Made by a program: the position numbers and the translations under genes. The notes beneath the pieces were generated by a model, which was not told where the DNA came from, ran no database searches, and saw nothing but the letters and a program-made list of their open reading frames with translations. A stretch of DNA of 64,000 nt from Patescibacteria group bacterium (GTDB lineage: Bacteria > Patescibacteriota > Microgenomatia > UBA8517). The first letter of the stretch is position 1; every line of letters begins with the position of its first letter. This document shows positions 56,511 to 64,000 of this stretch, in pieces. Where the stretch lies: assembly GCA_035291665.1 (NCBI GenBank), contig DATDRP010000003.1, positions 20,549-84,548 of the forward strand, in the 5' to 3' direction.

Positions 56511-56651
56511 CTACTCGCGGGTAGCCTTTCTGACTTCCCGGATAGATTCGCCGATACCTTTTGCAAGTTCCGGCAGCTTTCTTCCGCCGAATAAAAACAA
56601 CATTATTACACCGATAACTAATAATTCGGTGCTTCCGAAGTTTTGTAACAT
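56511..56651 (-). CDS. tatA: TatA/E family subunit (46 aa, not in ORF track)
   Basis: MLQNFGSTELLVIGVIMLFLFGGRKLPELAKGIGESIREVRKATRE; SD aagggggtga. Confidence 0.92.
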   Translation of the reverse strand: MLQNFGSTELLVIGVIMLFLFGGRKLPELAKGIGESIREVRKATRE

Positions 56652-56840
56652 AATTTTATTTCACCCCCTTCCAATCACTAAAAAGCGCATGCATAAAACG
56701 ATTGGTGCGTTTTTTAATGTATATCCAGTATGACTACTATAATAAAATCTTGTCAAGTACTAAATTCTATGCACAATAATCTTATCTTATTCTTATCATT
56801 TATTGAGTTGATAGCCTTGATTTAATAAATATGCATAGAT

Positions 56841-56869
56841 TTGACAGTATGATAAGTAAATGATAATAT
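56841..56869 (+). promoter_or_regulatory. Sigma70-like promoter with extended -10, leaderless spacing
   Basis: TTGACA-17nt-TAATAT (TGn), 7 nt before ATG 56877. Confidence 0.75.
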
Positions 56870-56876
56870 TTTTTAT

Positions 56877-57833
56877 ATGTTAAGGCTTGATTACCATTTA
56901 TCCCCCACACTCCAACATAACCTACAAAATATTGAAGCGGTGCGGGTAAAAATTCTGACAACCGCACTTTCTCCCAAGCATGAACTCAGATTTAAATGGG
57001 AAACAAAATTATTAAAGATATATTCATCACTATGCCTGTCCGGAAGCGACATATCGAAGAAACAAATAATCGGGATTTTATCTTCAGGTGAAAAGAAAAA
57101 GGCCAACCGGGAGGAATCCGAAATAATCCGCTACAGAAACTGCCTTGACCACATCAGGAATGATTGGATGGCTAGTGGTAAAAACATTGGTACTAATGAT
57201 GTAAAAAATCTTTATGATGTAGCCTTGGTGCCTGTAGGAAGCTTTAATCCATCTTTATTTAATACCAAAGAAAAAGATCTGAAAAAAATTCTTGATTACG
57301 TTCAATCATCAAAAGAGAATCCTATCATTCAAGCCGGAATTGTTCAAATTCAGATTCACACACTGCAGCCTTTCAAAGAAGGGAACGGAATCGTTTCAAG
57401 ATTACTGACTGATCTTATCCTTTATAAAAACGGCTATGACGTCCGTGAGCTTATTGCACCTGAAATCGAGATGTATAACAGGCAAAAATCGCACGACATC
57501 GCAATTGATCTTTGCATAAAGGAAGATTCAATGTCTAAATGGCTTGATTATTTTGTTTATATCACGCTTCTCCAGCTCAAAAATGTCGCAACTGATATAA
57601 CTGAATCAAAATTTCTCACAGATTCAAAAAATTCTAATTTCAATCTTAATTCCAGGCAGAAAAAGATCCTTTTATTCCTTGAGGCTCCGAATAGTAAACT
57701 TGCAAATAAAGATGTTCAGAAAATGTTTAGTGTTTCCCAAATTACGGCGTCAAGAGATCTTTCTCATCTTGCCGGTTTGGGTCTATTGATTGGATACGGT
57801 AAAGCCAGGTCAAAAGTCTATATGAAGTCATGA
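56877..57833 (+). CDS. Fic/Fido domain protein with degenerate active site and C-terminal winged HTH
   Basis: LQPFKEGNGIVSRLL versus consensus HPFxDGNGRxxR; VSQITASRDL..L HTH. Confidence 0.85.
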   Translation: MLRLDYHLSPTLQHNLQNIEAVRVKILTTALSPKHELRFKWETKLLKIYSSLCLSGSDISKKQIIGILSSGEKKKANREESEIIRYRNCLDHIRNDWMASGKNIGTNDVKNLYDVALVPVGSFNPSLFNTKEKDLKKILDYVQSSKENPIIQAGIVQIQIHTLQPFKEGNGIVSRLLTDLILYKNGYDVRELIAPEIEMYNRQKSHDIAIDLCIKEDSMSKWLDYFVYITLLQLKNVATDITESKFLTDSKNSNFNLNSRQKKILLFLEAPNSKLANKDVQKMFSVSQITASRDLSHLAGLGLLIGYGKARSKVYMKS

Positions 57834-58481
57834 ACCGTATCGGTACTTCTGTTATAATTTACGTATCGGTACAAATAAGATTCTCCAACAAACAAAAATT
57901 TTAGTGGTTTTAAAGATATCCTATACTTTCGAATTTTATAAATATTTAATTTTGGTTCTTAAAAAATATAATGTTTTATTTTTCATAACGGTACAACTAC
58001 ATTTTTGTATTTTGTTGATAATTTTTTTATAATTTCTTATAAATTTTTTGGGTCTTAAATTGCTAAATTATTAAAATATTTCTAGGTATATTCTTATGTA
58101 CCTTCGGTACATTCATATTTTCCTGCTATTTTTCTAAAAAAACCCAAGTCAGTTATTGATATCCCCCATTGGTCTAACACTGTAGTTTTTTCTAAAGAAA
58201 AATTTCATCATTTTTAATACTTCTTTTTTTGTATTTTAAATTGTTATTCCAATATTTTTATACTGCTCCGGTGCAATTACCCCTCGGTATTTTTCCTCCG
58301 TTATTTCGTATGAAGTAAATTTTCTCTGAAACTAGAATTCTCTTTTCTTATCCCCGAACATACATACATGGTATTTCAGGAAGTTGGATAATTTTTTTTA
58401 GTTTATTATTGATTCCTAATCTTCGTAACAACTATTTATGTAACGGTTGATTATTAAAATATTTGAATTTTTTATATTGTA

Positions 58482-58611
58482 ATGACATCCTCCCCGCCTT
58501 AAAAGGCGGGGTTTCCCTAAGGAGGATGACATACCGTGCCCGCCGGCAGGCAGGTCAGAGTTCAATTCATCCACGCCCTAAAGGGTTAGGTTTTCTTGAA
58601 CGCTGTTATAA
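58482..58611 (-). mobile_element. IS200/IS605-end-like miniature element, copy 2, with nested 21-bp palindrome
   Basis: Reverse complement aligns with 20602-20714; hairpin ccccgccttttaaggcgggg-aggatgtca; insertion ccgtgcccgccggcaggcagg at 58534-58554. Confidence 0.75.
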
Positions 58612-58858
58612 TTAGATTGTAAATATAATTCTTATAATATAATACAAAATTAATATTAATATTTTAAATTTATCGTTCTTGAAAGTAAATTAATTATAAT
58701 TCTTGAATAGAATTTATATAACTACATAAAAATATACATTTCACTAACTACTATTATATATAACACTATATGTATTAATAGATCTCATAATAGCACTAAA
58801 TACCACTTTATAATTTTTACAACATCTGATATATATAGAGTTATAAAGAGGAATTAAT

Positions 58859-59887
58859 ATGGATGATCAGCAATCAGCTGGACTTTTCAGTATCGGAGCA
58901 GCTTCCGAATATCTAGGAATATCTATTGATACACTAAGAAGATGGGAAAGAAAAGGCAGAATCGAACCCCTACGATCCCCAGGAGGGCATCGCTATTTCA
59001 AGAAGGAAGACTTGGATAATTTATTTGGAAGAAGATACACAAGAGAAGAACCGGCTAACCAATCAACTATGCCCGATAGTACACCTATTGAACAAACAAA
59101 TATTAAGGAAGATGTAACACAACCCTTAAGCAATTTAAACGATAATAATTCAAGTGTAACTGAGAATTTAACGTCTACCCAATCAGCAGATGCAACCGTT
59201 CAAGATACTATATCTAAAGAAGATTATCCGCAACAAACTGCAAATCCTCAATTAAAGACTGAAGTTCCGGAAAATAATCCTCTACAAGAACCAATTTCAC
59301 CTACTCCAGTTGCTATACCCGTTCCAAACCAGAATGAAATGTTAAAAACCATTCCTTATTCGGATCCGGGCGTACCTGCTGCTACCGAAAATATACAAAG
59401 TTCCTCAACTGCACCCGAAGTGCAAGTTGCCTCTCCCCAACCGATAATAGAACTGCCAAAGATCTCGCCGGATGAGTATCCCGATACGAAAGTTTCAAAG
59501 CCGGATCAAATAACTAATGAACCGGTTGCTAAACCTACGGAACCTATTCAAAGCTATGAGAACGATAATACAACACAAAATGCACATTTAGTTGAAGCGC
59601 CTTCTCAGGTTGAAAATGCTAACACACAAGAAACGCTTATACCTGTTACCCCGGTTCCTGAATCTTCATCACAAGTGCCTTTGAATGAAGCTCCAAAACA
59701 ACCTGTATATGAAACAACAAAAGATATTGATAAAAAAATTGAAGAAGTTTTACAAAGCAGTAAACCGAAGAAGAAAATTACAACAGAAACCAAGTTACTA
59801 ATAGCCATAGCAATCGCTATTGTTGTAAACATTATTCTTTTTACACTTTGGTTCAAATCTTACGCTTCAGTATCACCAGTAAACTAA
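58859..59887 (+). CDS. MerR/Xis(BldC)-like HTH protein with long disordered linker and C-terminal TM anchor
   Basis: FSIGAASEYLGISIDTLRRWE..G.I...RSPGGHRYF; P/Q/T/E-rich middle; terminal hydrophobic helix. Confidence 0.85.
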   Translation: MDDQQSAGLFSIGAASEYLGISIDTLRRWERKGRIEPLRSPGGHRYFKKEDLDNLFGRRYTREEPANQSTMPDSTPIEQTNIKEDVTQPLSNLNDNNSSVTENLTSTQSADATVQDTISKEDYPQQTANPQLKTEVPENNPLQEPISPTPVAIPVPNQNEMLKTIPYSDPGVPAATENIQSSSTAPEVQVASPQPIIELPKISPDEYPDTKVSKPDQITNEPVAKPTEPIQSYENDNTTQNAHLVEAPSQVENANTQETLIPVTPVPESSSQVPLNEAPKQPVYETTKDIDKKIEEVLQSSKPKKKITTETKLLIAIAIAIVVNIILFTLWFKSYASVSPVN

Positions 59888-59894
59888 CGAAAGG

Positions 59895-59926
59895 GATATT
59901 ACGTGCTTCGATATTAAGATATTAGG
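59895..59926 (-). repeat. 32-bp dispersed TAATATC element, copy 4
   Basis: Reverse complement cctaatatcttaatatcgaagcacgtaatatc; partial copy 5 at 60206-60231 (+). Confidence 0.85.
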
Positions 59927-59939
59927 ACTATTTCAATTT

Positions 59940-60065
59940 TTAATTTCCCTCTTTCCACCACTCACATCTCACTTCCCATTACTCATTTCCAATTTCTTTT
60001 CTCTTTTCTCTTTATTCTAAATTACTTAATTCTTAAATTCCTGTATTCCTAAATTCTTATTTCTA
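59940..60065. repeat. Pyrimidine-rich (inverted) heptamer/octamer array
   Basis: 60036-60062 is the exact reverse complement of 49635-49661. Confidence 0.8.
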
Positions 60066-60070
60066 ATGTG

Positions 60071-60141
60071 TGGACCGGCCGAGAATCGAACTCGGGACTC
60101 GTCGTTGCGAACGACGCGGTATTCCACTTACCTATCGGCCC
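60071..60141 (-). tRNA. tRNA-Ala (anticodon CGC)
   Basis: GGGCCGA acceptor with G3:U70, anticodon arm cgtcg-ttCGCaa-cgacg, T-arm ccgag-ttcgatt-ctcgg, discriminator A; CCA not encoded. Confidence 0.93.
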
Positions 60142-60240
60142 TGTGATGGCACTATTATACCAATAAATGAATTTACAAAACACATTAGCCATAGTTCATA
60201 CTCTCTATCTAATATCGAATCACTTAATATCAATTTATTT

Positions 60241-61413
60241 TTACTGAAGTACGTTCAGTGGATTAATATGCACTCCGTTTTGAATTACCTCAAAATGCAA
60301 ATGCGTACCGGTTGACCTTCCGGTTGATCCCATCTTCCCTATCGTATTGCCTCGATTTACTGATTGACCCGGAACCACATAAATTTTTGCCATATGTGCA
60401 TAAAGCGTACGGTATCCATTACCGTGATCGAGAATTACTCTGTTCCCATAACCGAATGCATCCGGCCATCCGGCAACAATTACTTTTCCGGAATCGGCAG
60501 CCAATATATCAGGAGCCGCACGGTTAGCAATATCAAGACCGGGATGATACCAGACAAACCTCTGAGTGATTGTACCCCCTGCCGGCCAAACGAAGGCTCC
60601 TGATGCAACTACAGTACCTGCATCCGGCGTAGTCTGTTTCGTTCTTGTTGTCGGGGACCAAAGAACTTGAGACGGCTTCACTCCGTCAGGAACCATAATT
60701 TCCTGCCCAATAGCCAGAACAAATGTTTCATCGTTGGCAAATGTGTTAAACGGGTAGTTAACAATAACCTGAGGATCTACATCATAAGTTTTTGCGATTG
60801 AATAGACCGTATCGCCCTTTTTTACGGTATGCATTACACCTGTAATTGGAGGGATTTCAAGAACCTGATCTACTTTTATCGAATCTTTGCTTTGAAGATC
60901 GTTTTGCCATCGTATTGTATCTGTAGTTACCCCGAACTTCTCTGCTATTGAACTCACCGTATCTCCGGTTTGGACTTCATAATCAATCACCCCGCCCCGA
61001 ACATTTTCTGAAAAATTAGTAGAAATTTGCGTGCTCTGAGTAGAACTGGTAAGGACTGAAGTTGAGGAAGGAATTGTCCATGGATCAACATTTCGACCCG
61101 GAAATTCTTGGGAGACAATTGGGGCAATAAACATACCCAGCCCAGCCAGGCTTGTCATTCCAAAATGCACCAGCGGTTTTGCATACTTACCTCTTTGGCG
61201 ATACAAAGAAACAACGATAAATCCCTTTCCGGAGTTAAACTTTGACATTGAGAAATTGATTTTTTTAAGAAAATACTCTGTCAGTTCCTTAAAAAATTCT
61301 AATAATAAATCTTTTTCTTTGTGGAAATATTTCTTGAATTTCCGCCGCCCCAAATTGAAGTGGTTTTGAATTACAATCTTTGACGGCAACACCAGATAAT
61401 GGTTTCTCCTCAT
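60241..61413 (-). CDS. LysM-domain M23 family peptidase
   Basis: Two LysM domains (YEVQTGDTVSSIA, HTVKKGDTVYSIA); HPGLD, YAHM, HLHFEV. Confidence 0.95.
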   Translation of the reverse strand: MRRNHYLVLPSKIVIQNHFNLGRRKFKKYFHKEKDLLLEFFKELTEYFLKKINFSMSKFNSGKGFIVVSLYRQRGKYAKPLVHFGMTSLAGLGMFIAPIVSQEFPGRNVDPWTIPSSTSVLTSSTQSTQISTNFSENVRGGVIDYEVQTGDTVSSIAEKFGVTTDTIRWQNDLQSKDSIKVDQVLEIPPITGVMHTVKKGDTVYSIAKTYDVDPQVIVNYPFNTFANDETFVLAIGQEIMVPDGVKPSQVLWSPTTRTKQTTPDAGTVVASGAFVWPAGGTITQRFVWYHPGLDIANRAAPDILAADSGKVIVAGWPDAFGYGNRVILDHGNGYRTLYAHMAKIYVVPGQSVNRGNTIGKMGSTGRSTGTHLHFEVIQNGVHINPLNVLQ

Positions 61414-61526
61414 GACTTGGTTTGTATTAAAACATTATATTATACCAAAACTCTGCGAATTCGTGATCTATGAAGTAGTCAAACAATCCAAAAACTCTTT
61501 TTACCGAAGGTTTAAGGAGTTTATAT

Positions 61527-62876
61527 TCAAGAAGTTGTGAGTGAATCCAAAAACTCTTTGTTGTCCTTGGTTTTTTTGAGTCTTTCCAATAGAGCTTCCG
61601 TCCGTTCATCTTCCGAAACCATCTCAAGCATACGTCGGAGTGTATACACCTTTTGCAGAATATCTTTACCGTAAAGAAGCTCCTCCTGGCGGGTGCCCGA
61701 TCTTGTAACGTCAATTGATGGGAAAATTCTTCGGTCTGCCAATTTTCGATTAAGGTGCAGTTCCATATTTCCCGTACCTTTGAATTCTTCATAAATAAGG
61801 TCATCCATTCGCGAACCCGTATCAACCAAACAGGTTCCAATGATTGTCATTGATCCGCCGTTTTGAATCTTTCTTGCCGCTCCGAAAAATTTCTTTGCAG
61901 GATATAAAGCAACCGGATCGAACCCTCCTGTTAGAGTTCTTCCCGATGTGGGAAGTGCCAGATTGTATGCCCTGGCCATTCTTGTTATTGAATCCAAAAG
62001 AACTACAACATCCATCCCCATTTCAACCATCCTCTTTGCTTTCTCAAGCGCAAGTTCTCCGACTCTTGTTTGGGCATCGGGTGACTCGTCAAAGTTTGAT
62101 GATGCGACTTCACCCAATCCGTTGGTGACTGTATTCATATGCATCCTGATGTCCGTTACTTCTTCCGGACGCTCCCCGATCAAAACCGCCATCAAATGCG
62201 CTTTTACATCGGATTTTCCATCCTCGGCAAAGTTTTTCGCAATCCCTGTAATAACATCTTTCAAAAGCCACGTTTTACCGGCCTTTGGAGGAGATACAAT
62301 AAGTCCTCTTTGTCCAAAGCCGATTGGCGCAACGAGATCAATTACTCGCGTTGTCAAAGGTTCTGCTCCGGTCGATAGAGTGATATGTTTGTCGGGGTAG
62401 ACTGCAGTCATGCTGTCATAATCAGGTCTCTCCAATAATTTTTCAGTGTCGGAACCGTTTACCTTCTCAACTTTCAAAAGCCCCCAATATCTTTCGTTTT
62501 CTTTCGGTGAACGCGCTTGTCCGCCAACCAAATCACCTACTCGCAGATTGAATCTTCTTATCTGTGAGGCTGAAATATAAACATCTTTATTGGAAGGGGT
62601 GAAATCAGGTCGGAGAAGTCCTGACCCTTCATTGGCAATATCCAGTACACCCTCGACATATTCTGTAGGAAGATTAGCGTCAGGCATATAACGGTCATAA
62701 CCGTTTTGACGATAGGGTTCATCCTGAACCGGATTAACATCATTGACAGGTGCTTCCGCTTTTATTGGTTCCGGCTTCTCACCTACAAGATTTTTAACTT
62801 CGTCAACGGGTTTTACATCATTTCCGGGATCCAAAATTTCGTCTTTATCAGTCTTAGTGGACTTCTTTGTAGCCAT
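61527..62876 (-). CDS. rho: Transcription termination factor Rho
   Basis: [48 protein letters not shown]. Confidence 0.98.
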   Translation of the reverse strand: MATKKSTKTDKDEILDPGNDVKPVDEVKNLVGEKPEPIKAEAPVNDVNPVQDEPYRQNGYDRYMPDANLPTEYVEGVLDIANEGSGLLRPDFTPSNKDVYISASQIRRFNLRVGDLVGGQARSPKENERYWGLLKVEKVNGSDTEKLLERPDYDSMTAVYPDKHITLSTGAEPLTTRVIDLVAPIGFGQRGLIVSPPKAGKTWLLKDVITGIAKNFAEDGKSDVKAHLMAVLIGERPEEVTDIRMHMNTVTNGLGEVASSNFDESPDAQTRVGELALEKAKRMVEMGMDVVVLLDSITRMARAYNLALPTSGRTLTGGFDPVALYPAKKFFGAARKIQNGGSMTIIGTCLVDTGSRMDDLIYEEFKGTGNMELHLNRKLADRRIFPSIDVTRSGTRQEELLYGKDILQKVYTLRRMLEMVSEDERTEALLERLKKTKDNKEFLDSLTTS

Positions 62877-62972
62877 TAAATTAATTCGTACAACATAATA
62901 ATAAAAATAATATGTCGAAAAATTCTTAGGAAGTAGATCTCATTTTAGTGAGGCCATCTCTAACTAGTTACG

Positions 62973-63001
62973 ATTGTATATACAAGCCTCGGCATTGTCA
63001 A
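62973..63001 (-). promoter_or_regulatory. Sigma70 promoter of rho
   Basis: TTGACA-17nt-TACAAT on minus strand. Confidence 0.75.
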
Positions 63002-63064
63002 GGCTCACTAAATTTTAGTTGTTTTTGTGCAACTTATTACTTGTTTCTTGTTTCCCAATTAGAC

Positions 63065-63832
63065 TTATACTTTCTCTGCTATTACCAGTAGTCTTCTCCA
63101 TGATGTCCCCGGAGGATCGCAGGTTTGCATAACGAGTATCTCTTTTCCGAAATCTTTGAATATATACGACGTATCCCCGGCTTCAACAATTGTTACTTCG
63201 GTAACTTTATATAAAAAGCGTTCCTGCCTGAAAAAAACGATTATTTCATCGTCAATATCCAGCTTTTTAAGATCATAAAAAACAGCATTGTATTTTTGAA
63301 TTTCGGATGCTGTTCCGGTCGAATGGGAAAAGAGGTAAATATTTTTTCCATATCCGGGAAAATAAGTTCCCTTGGTATGAGCTATACCTTCTTTCAACGC
63401 TTCAAGATATTCTGTTTCGTTATTTGGATCAACGTTTTCAATGACATTAGAAAATGCTGAAATTTTCGGTATGGCAACCGAGAATTCTGTACCGATTCCG
63501 TAACTCTCAGCTTCTCTGACAATCGCCTCGATATTTTCTTTTTTTGGGGTAGGAGCAATAACATATTTATACGGATCCATTTCAGGTGCTTTACGATTTG
63601 TACCGTTCTTTAATAATGGAAATAAAATTACAATCGTCAACCCCAACGCCAAAAATGTTATAAAAGTCCCGGTGTTTTTCAGCAACCTATAAGAATAGAT
63701 ATGGGGTTTTGAGTATTTATTTTCCAATTTTTGCCGGTACAATATTTCTTTGTCTTTTTTGGATAAAAATGTACCGCTTCTTTTTGCTTCCCTCTCCTTC
63801 CACACTTTTGCAAAGTCTTTTGTATCCCGCAT
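63065..63832 (-). CDS. Sortase family protein
   Basis: TM anchor; IYLFSHS, FYDLKKL, LVMQTCDPPGTSWRRLLV (His/Cys/Arg triad). Confidence 0.9.
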   Translation of the reverse strand: MRDTKDFAKVWKEREAKRSGTFLSKKDKEILYRQKLENKYSKPHIYSYRLLKNTGTFITFLALGLTIVILFPLLKNGTNRKAPEMDPYKYVIAPTPKKENIEAIVREAESYGIGTEFSVAIPKISAFSNVIENVDPNNETEYLEALKEGIAHTKGTYFPGYGKNIYLFSHSTGTASEIQKYNAVFYDLKKLDIDDEIIVFFRQERFLYKVTEVTIVEAGDTSYIFKDFGKEILVMQTCDPPGTSWRRLLVIAEKV

Positions 63833-63884
63833 ATAATTCAATAATACACTTTTAAAAAGATGGAATTTGTAAGACGAAATTTTT

Positions 63885-64000
63885 CACCACCCTCATCCCA
63901 TTTCCCATCTCTTACCACTTACTTCTCACAACCTGTCTCCAAAATCCAAAACCAAATCCCAAATTCCAATTTCATCTCCCTTTTCTCTATTCTCTTAGTT
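63885..64000. repeat. Pyrimidine-rich heptamer array (runs off the window)
   Basis: cccatttcccatct, acttacttctcaca, ccaaaatccaaaaccaaatcccaaa. Confidence 0.7.

Noticed and set aside
57834-58858. Replication origin
   Set aside because: AT-rich, but I found no clear TTATCCACA boxes and no dnaA/dnaN nearby
60071-60141. tRNA as integration site for an island
   Set aside because: No duplicated tRNA 3' end or integrase seen in the window
16691-60231. CRISPR array from the 32-bp repeats or heptamer arrays
   Set aside because: Copies are kilobases apart or degenerate with no regular unique spacers; no cas genes
1136-62743. Numerous 60-230 aa antisense or alternate-frame ORFs in the ORF track
   Set aside because: Fully overlap longer genes with recognisable domains and show no independent motifs
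63065-63832. Sortase as the anchor for the window's surface proteins
   Set aside because: No LPxTG-TM-basic tail found at the C-terminus of any protein here

Overview
AT-rich bacterial chromosomal window, standard code 11. Gene content (giant LamG and beta-helix surface proteins, LytR_C and SH3b membrane proteins, stand-alone receivers, sortase, near-leaderless promoters) suggests a Patescibacteria/CPR genome, probably Microgenomates-like; this is inference. Layout: 1-11.6 kb giant surface proteins; 12-18.7 kb membrane, SH3 and Tat-substrate genes; 18.9-31.5 kb signalling island (3 histidine kinases, 5 single-domain receivers, 1 output-less Cache receptor); 31.5-49 kb GT41 glycosyltransferase plus four signal-peptide-less, virion-protein-like genes; 49-56.7 kb expanded Tat locus (tatC and five tatA/B paralogues, three of them missing from the ORF track); then degenerate Fic, membrane-anchored MerR-like HTH, tRNA-Ala(CGC), LysM-M23, rho and sortase. 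Two candidate undescribed systems stand out. (1) Small genes (two four-helix-bundle, one GxxExxY) bracketed by inverted degenerate tandem-repeat arms, with gene-less copies of the same arms elsewhere; related repeats also invade a CDS in frame and supply stop codons and promoters. (2) A multi-TatA export system linked to phage-virion-like proteins, including a membrane protein with an internal twin-arginine signal. Also present: two IS200/IS605-end-like miniature elements (one with a nested 21-bp palindrome) and a 32-bp dispersed repeat. All family calls are by-eye motif recognition; no database searches were run.
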